Below are positions 52,380-55,228 of a stretch of 55,228 nt of DNA, piece after piece. The DNA comes from Gaiellaceae bacterium (lineage in GTDB: Bacteria; Actinomycetota; Thermoleophilia; Gaiellales; Gaiellaceae). How positions within the stretch are numbered: position 1 is the first letter of the stretch; each line of letters begins with the position of its first letter. Where the stretch lies: the NCBI GenBank assembly GCA_039583515.1, contig JAVKST010000001.1, positions 1-55,228 on the forward strand. Direction: 5' to 3'. A model generated the notes under the pieces. That model was not told the DNA's origin. It worked only from the letters and a program-made list of their open reading frames with translations, and ran no database searches. The translations under genes and the position numbers were made by a program.

Positions 52380-53368
52380 GCGAAGACGAAGTCGCCGGGC
52401 AGGAGCGGCCGTGCCAGTGCCAGGCGTACCTGCGCGCGACCGAACGCGCCGCGCTCGTCTCCGCCCGGTGGCTGGGGCGGGCCGACGAGGACGCGGCGGA
52501 GGCGGAGGCGGCGACGGGCATGCGCGCGACCCTCGACCTCCTGCCGATCCGCGGCCGGATCGTCTTCGGCTCGCCGGAAGACTCGGGAGGGCTCACGCCG
52601 GGCGCGACCGTAGGCGCCGGCGGGACGGAGGTCGACCTCGCGCTCGACCCGCTCGAGGGCCGCGGCGTCGTCGCTCGCGGCGGCAACGGGGCGATGTCGA
52701 TGATCGCCGTCGGCGAGCCGGGCCGCTTCACGACGCTGCCCGACATCTACATGCGGAAGATGGCGGTCGGCCCCCGTGCGCGGGGCTCGATCGACCTCCT
52801 GCGTCCGGTGGGGGAGAACATCGAGGCGATCGCCGAGGCCTTCGGCCGCCGCGTGAACGACGTGACGACGATCGTGCTCGACCGGCCGCGGCATCACGAC
52901 CTGATCGAGGAGATCCGGAACGCCGGCGCGCGGATCAAGCTGATCCAGGACGGCGATGTCACGGCCGCGATCTCCGCCTCGATCCGCGGCACGAACGACC
53001 ACCTCGCGATCGGCATCGGCGGCACGCGGCAGGCGGTGCTCTCGGCGGCGGCACTGCGCTGCCTCGGCGGCGAGCTGCAGGCGCAGTTCTGGCCGACGTC
53101 GCGGCGGGAGATCGACGAGCTCCGCGAGGCGGGAATCGAGGACTACGACCGCGTCTTCCGGACCGAGGATCTCGCTCCGGGCGAGGTGATCGTCGCGGCG
53201 ACCGGCGTCTCGAACGGCGACCTGTTGCGCGGCGTCCGCTTCCTCGCCGACAGCGCCCGGACGCATTCCCTCGTCATGTGCACGCGCTGCAACTGGGTGC
53301 GCTTCGTCGACGGCATCCACTTCTTCGCGCGCGAGCGGCGCGAGGAAGTGCGGCTGCTCGGCTACTGA
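52376..53368 (+). CDS. GlpX-family (class II fructose-1,6-bisphosphatase fold) protein with atypical active-site motifs
   Basis: ATGA overlap. GlpX backbone motifs are conserved (ATERAALVSARWLGR, YMRKMAVGP, VLDRPRH, LIQDGDVTAAI, AATGVSNGDLLRGV). However GEGEKD.APML is replaced by GSPEDSGGLT, DPxEGT by DPLEGR, and GGxPEG by GGTRQA. Confidence 0.7.
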   Translation: MSEDEVAGQERPCQCQAYLRATERAALVSARWLGRADEDAAEAEAATGMRATLDLLPIRGRIVFGSPEDSGGLTPGATVGAGGTEVDLALDPLEGRGVVARGGNGAMSMIAVGEPGRFTTLPDIYMRKMAVGPRARGSIDLLRPVGENIEAIAEAFGRRVNDVTTIVLDRPRHHDLIEEIRNAGARIKLIQDGDVTAAISASIRGTNDHLAIGIGGTRQAVLSAAALRCLGGELQAQFWPTSRREIDELREAGIEDYDRVFRTEDLAPGEVIVAATGVSNGDLLRGVRFLADSARTHSLVMCTRCNWVRFVDGIHFFARERREEVRLLGY

Positions 53369-53449
53369 GCGCCACGACCCGGCCCCGGCCTTCCAATCCC
53401 CGGCAATGCGTCGTAGCATCGGGCGCAAATCGATCAGGAGAGTGAACCG

Positions 53450-54820
53450 ATGGCCGTTTCGGTGGAAGGTCTGGCAGGTGTCGTCGAAGGTCGCGTCGTC
53501 GAGGCTGGGCATGCCGAGTACGACTCCGCGCGCGGTCTCTACAACGCGATGATCGACCGGCGGCCCGCCGCGATCGCGTACTGCGCCGACGAGGCCGACG
53601 TCGCCGCGGCCGTCCTCTGGGCGAAGGAGCGCGGGATGCGGATCGCGGTGCGCTGCGGCGGGCACAACGGCGGCGGCCTCGGCAGCGTCGACGACGGGCT
53701 CGTGATCGACCTCTCCGTGCTGGACGCGGTGACGGTGGAGCCGGAGGCCAAGCTGGTCCGCGTCGGCGGCGGCGCGACGCTGAACAAGCTCGTCTCCGCG
53801 ACGCACGAGCACGGCCTGACCGTCCCCGTGGGGATCATCGGCACGACCGGCGTGGGGGGCCTCACGCTCGGCGGTGGGATGGGCCACCTCACCCGGGCGC
53901 TCGGCCTCACGATCGACAATCTCGTCGCGGCCACGGTCGTCCTCGCCGACGGATCGATCGTCCAGACCGACTCCGAGCGGGAGCCCGATCTCTTCTGGGC
54001 CCTCCGCGGCGGCGGCGGCAACTTCGGCGTCGTCACGTCGTTCTCGTTCCGCTGCCACCCCTGCACCACCGTGCTCGCCGGGCCGGTGCTCTACGACCTC
54101 GACGACGCCGGTGACCTGCTGCGCTGGTACCGCGACTTCCTGCCCGCGGCACCCGACGGGCTCAGCGGCTTCTTCGCGTTCATGACGATCCCGCCCGGGC
54201 CGCCGTTCCCGGAGGAGCTCCATCTCCGCAAGGTCTGCGGCGTGGCGTGGACGCAGATCGGCGAGGAGGAGTCGGAGGCGTTGCGCGAGGCGCGCGCCTT
54301 CGGGAGCCCGCTGCTCGACGGCGTCGCGCCGATGCCGCTTCCCGTCTGGAACTCCGCATTCGACGGCCTCTACCCGCCGGGCGACCAGTGGTACTGGCGC
54401 GGCGAGTTCGTCCGCGACATCCCGGATGAGGCCGTCGAGCGGCACGTCGAGTTCGGCAACGCGCTGCCGACGTGGAAGTCGACGATGCACCTGTATCCGG
54501 TCGACGGCGCCGCCTCACGCGTCGCAAGCGACGCGACGGCGTGGGGCTACCGCGACGCGGTCTGGTCGACGGTGTACGCCGGCGTCGACCCCGACCCGGC
54601 GAACGCCTCCAAGATCCGCGACTGGTCGATCGGCTACTCCGAGACGATCCGGCCCTACGGGCTCGGCGGCGGCTATCTGAACTTCGCGATGGAGGAGCCG
54701 GGCGACCGGGTGCGGGCGATGTACGGCCCCAACTACGACCGGCTCGCGCAGGTGAAGGCGGCGTACGACCCGGACAACGTCTTCCGCGTCAACCAGAACA
54801 TCGAGCCTGCCGCCGGGTAA
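53450..54820 (+). CDS. FAD-linked oxidase with C-terminal BBE (berberine-bridge-enzyme-like) domain
   Basis: FAD-binding PCMH pattern (IAVRCGGHNGGGLGSVDDGLVIDLS, GIIGTTGVGGLTLGGGMG). BBE tail YLNFA...YGPNYDRLAQVKAAYDPDNVFRVNQNI. AGGAGAG RBS. Confidence 0.85.
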   Translation: MAVSVEGLAGVVEGRVVEAGHAEYDSARGLYNAMIDRRPAAIAYCADEADVAAAVLWAKERGMRIAVRCGGHNGGGLGSVDDGLVIDLSVLDAVTVEPEAKLVRVGGGATLNKLVSATHEHGLTVPVGIIGTTGVGGLTLGGGMGHLTRALGLTIDNLVAATVVLADGSIVQTDSEREPDLFWALRGGGGNFGVVTSFSFRCHPCTTVLAGPVLYDLDDAGDLLRWYRDFLPAAPDGLSGFFAFMTIPPGPPFPEELHLRKVCGVAWTQIGEEESEALREARAFGSPLLDGVAPMPLPVWNSAFDGLYPPGDQWYWRGEFVRDIPDEAVERHVEFGNALPTWKSTMHLYPVDGAASRVASDATAWGYRDAVWSTVYAGVDPDPANASKIRDWSIGYSETIRPYGLGGGYLNFAMEEPGDRVRAMYGPNYDRLAQVKAAYDPDNVFRVNQNIEPAAG

Positions 54821-54848
54821 TCCGGCGGCAGGCGTCTACACTGGCGCC

Positions 54849-55148
54849 GTGGCGACGAAGGACGAGGTGCTCGAGGTGCTCCGGCAGGTGGAGGACCCCG
54901 AGCTGGGGATGGACATCGTCGACCTTGGCCTGCTCTACGAGGTCGAGGTCGAGGACGCGACGGTGAAGGTGACGTACAGCCTCACCTCGATGGGCTGCCC
55001 CGCCGGGCCGCTGATCGCGCAGGACATCGACGGCGCCGTGCGGCAGGTCGACGGCGTCGAGGACGTCCAGCTCGAGCTCACCTTCGACCCGCCCTGGACG
55101 CCGGACCGGATGTCCGACGACGCCAAGTTCATCCTCGGCTTCGGCTAG
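54849..55148 (+). CDS. DUF59/MIP18-family metal-sulfur cluster assembly factor
   Basis: VLEVLRQVEDPELGMDIVDLGLLY...TSMGCPAG...DPPWTPDRMS is the family signature. 99 aa. Confidence 0.85.
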   Translation: MATKDEVLEVLRQVEDPELGMDIVDLGLLYEVEVEDATVKVTYSLTSMGCPAGPLIAQDIDGAVRQVDGVEDVQLELTFDPPWTPDRMSDDAKFILGFG

Positions 55149-55151
55149 GCC

Positions 55152-55228
55152 CTAGATCGTCAGCACGATCTTGCCGAGCTGCTCGCCGGCCTCGAGGCGC
55201 TCGTGCGCGGCGCGGATCTCCTCCAGCG
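55152..55228 (-). CDS. 3' end of a medium-chain (zinc-type) dehydrogenase/quinone oxidoreductase, truncated by the window edge
   Basis: The minus strand reads ...LEEIRAAHERLEAGEQLGKIVLTI* with TAG at 55152-55154, a typical MDR C-terminus. Confidence 0.4.
   Translation of the reverse strand, partial: LEEIRAAHERLEAGEQLGKIVLTI

Noticed and set aside
1-55228. Scan for CRISPR arrays, rRNA genes, additional tRNAs, IS elements and obvious riboswitches.
   Set aside because: No regularly spaced direct repeats, no rRNA-like conserved stretches, no second T-loop (GGTTCGAAT)-type signature and no transposase or integrase motifs were seen. Riboswitch-sized leaders with recognisable conserved cores were not identified by eye.

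Overview
A 55.2 kb, very GC-rich chromosomal segment. Content and synteny look actinobacterial: pdxS-pdxT-yebC-ruvCAB ... recJ ... rel, frequent GTG/TTG starts, and many 4-nt stop/start overlaps. About 55 protein genes and one tRNA-Met are supported. No rRNA, CRISPR array, transposase or integrase is visible.

Housekeeping blocks:
- pdxST, yebC, ruvCAB, recJ and rel.
- msrA, hpt and a phosphomannomutase.
- ccmE-ccmF.

Accessory modules:
- A translationally coupled gamma-glutamylation catabolic operon (GlnA-like ligase, PuuD-like hydrolase, aldehyde dehydrogenase, SDR, proline iminopeptidase) with a divergent APC permease.
- A secreted S53 peptidase with two FN3 repeats, followed by a LivJ-like lipoprotein, a 1019-aa double-FtsX permease and a twin-NBD ATPase.
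- An ABC-2 exporter plus an MFS transporter.
- An adenylate-cyclase/STAND/TPR signalling protein.

The most interesting locus is a four-gene overlapping operon at 49520-53368. It encodes a metallophosphoesterase, a cyclic-2,3-diphosphoglycerate-synthetase-like P-loop protein, a 2-phosphoglycerate kinase, and a GlpX-family protein with substituted catalytic motifs. Together these look like a bacterial version of the cDPG pathway known from hyperthermophilic methanogens.

Other notable points:
- CcmE is the Cys-type variant (CPSKY instead of HxxxY).
- Gene decay is clustered: a frameshifted response regulator with a 25-codon kinase stub, a frameshifted SDR, a triple-frameshifted hicBA pair next to the tRNA, and a GNAT remnant with an internal deletion.
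- Several of these lesions sit in short homopolymer runs, so sequencing error has to be excluded.

All family calls come from motif recognition by eye. No database search was run.
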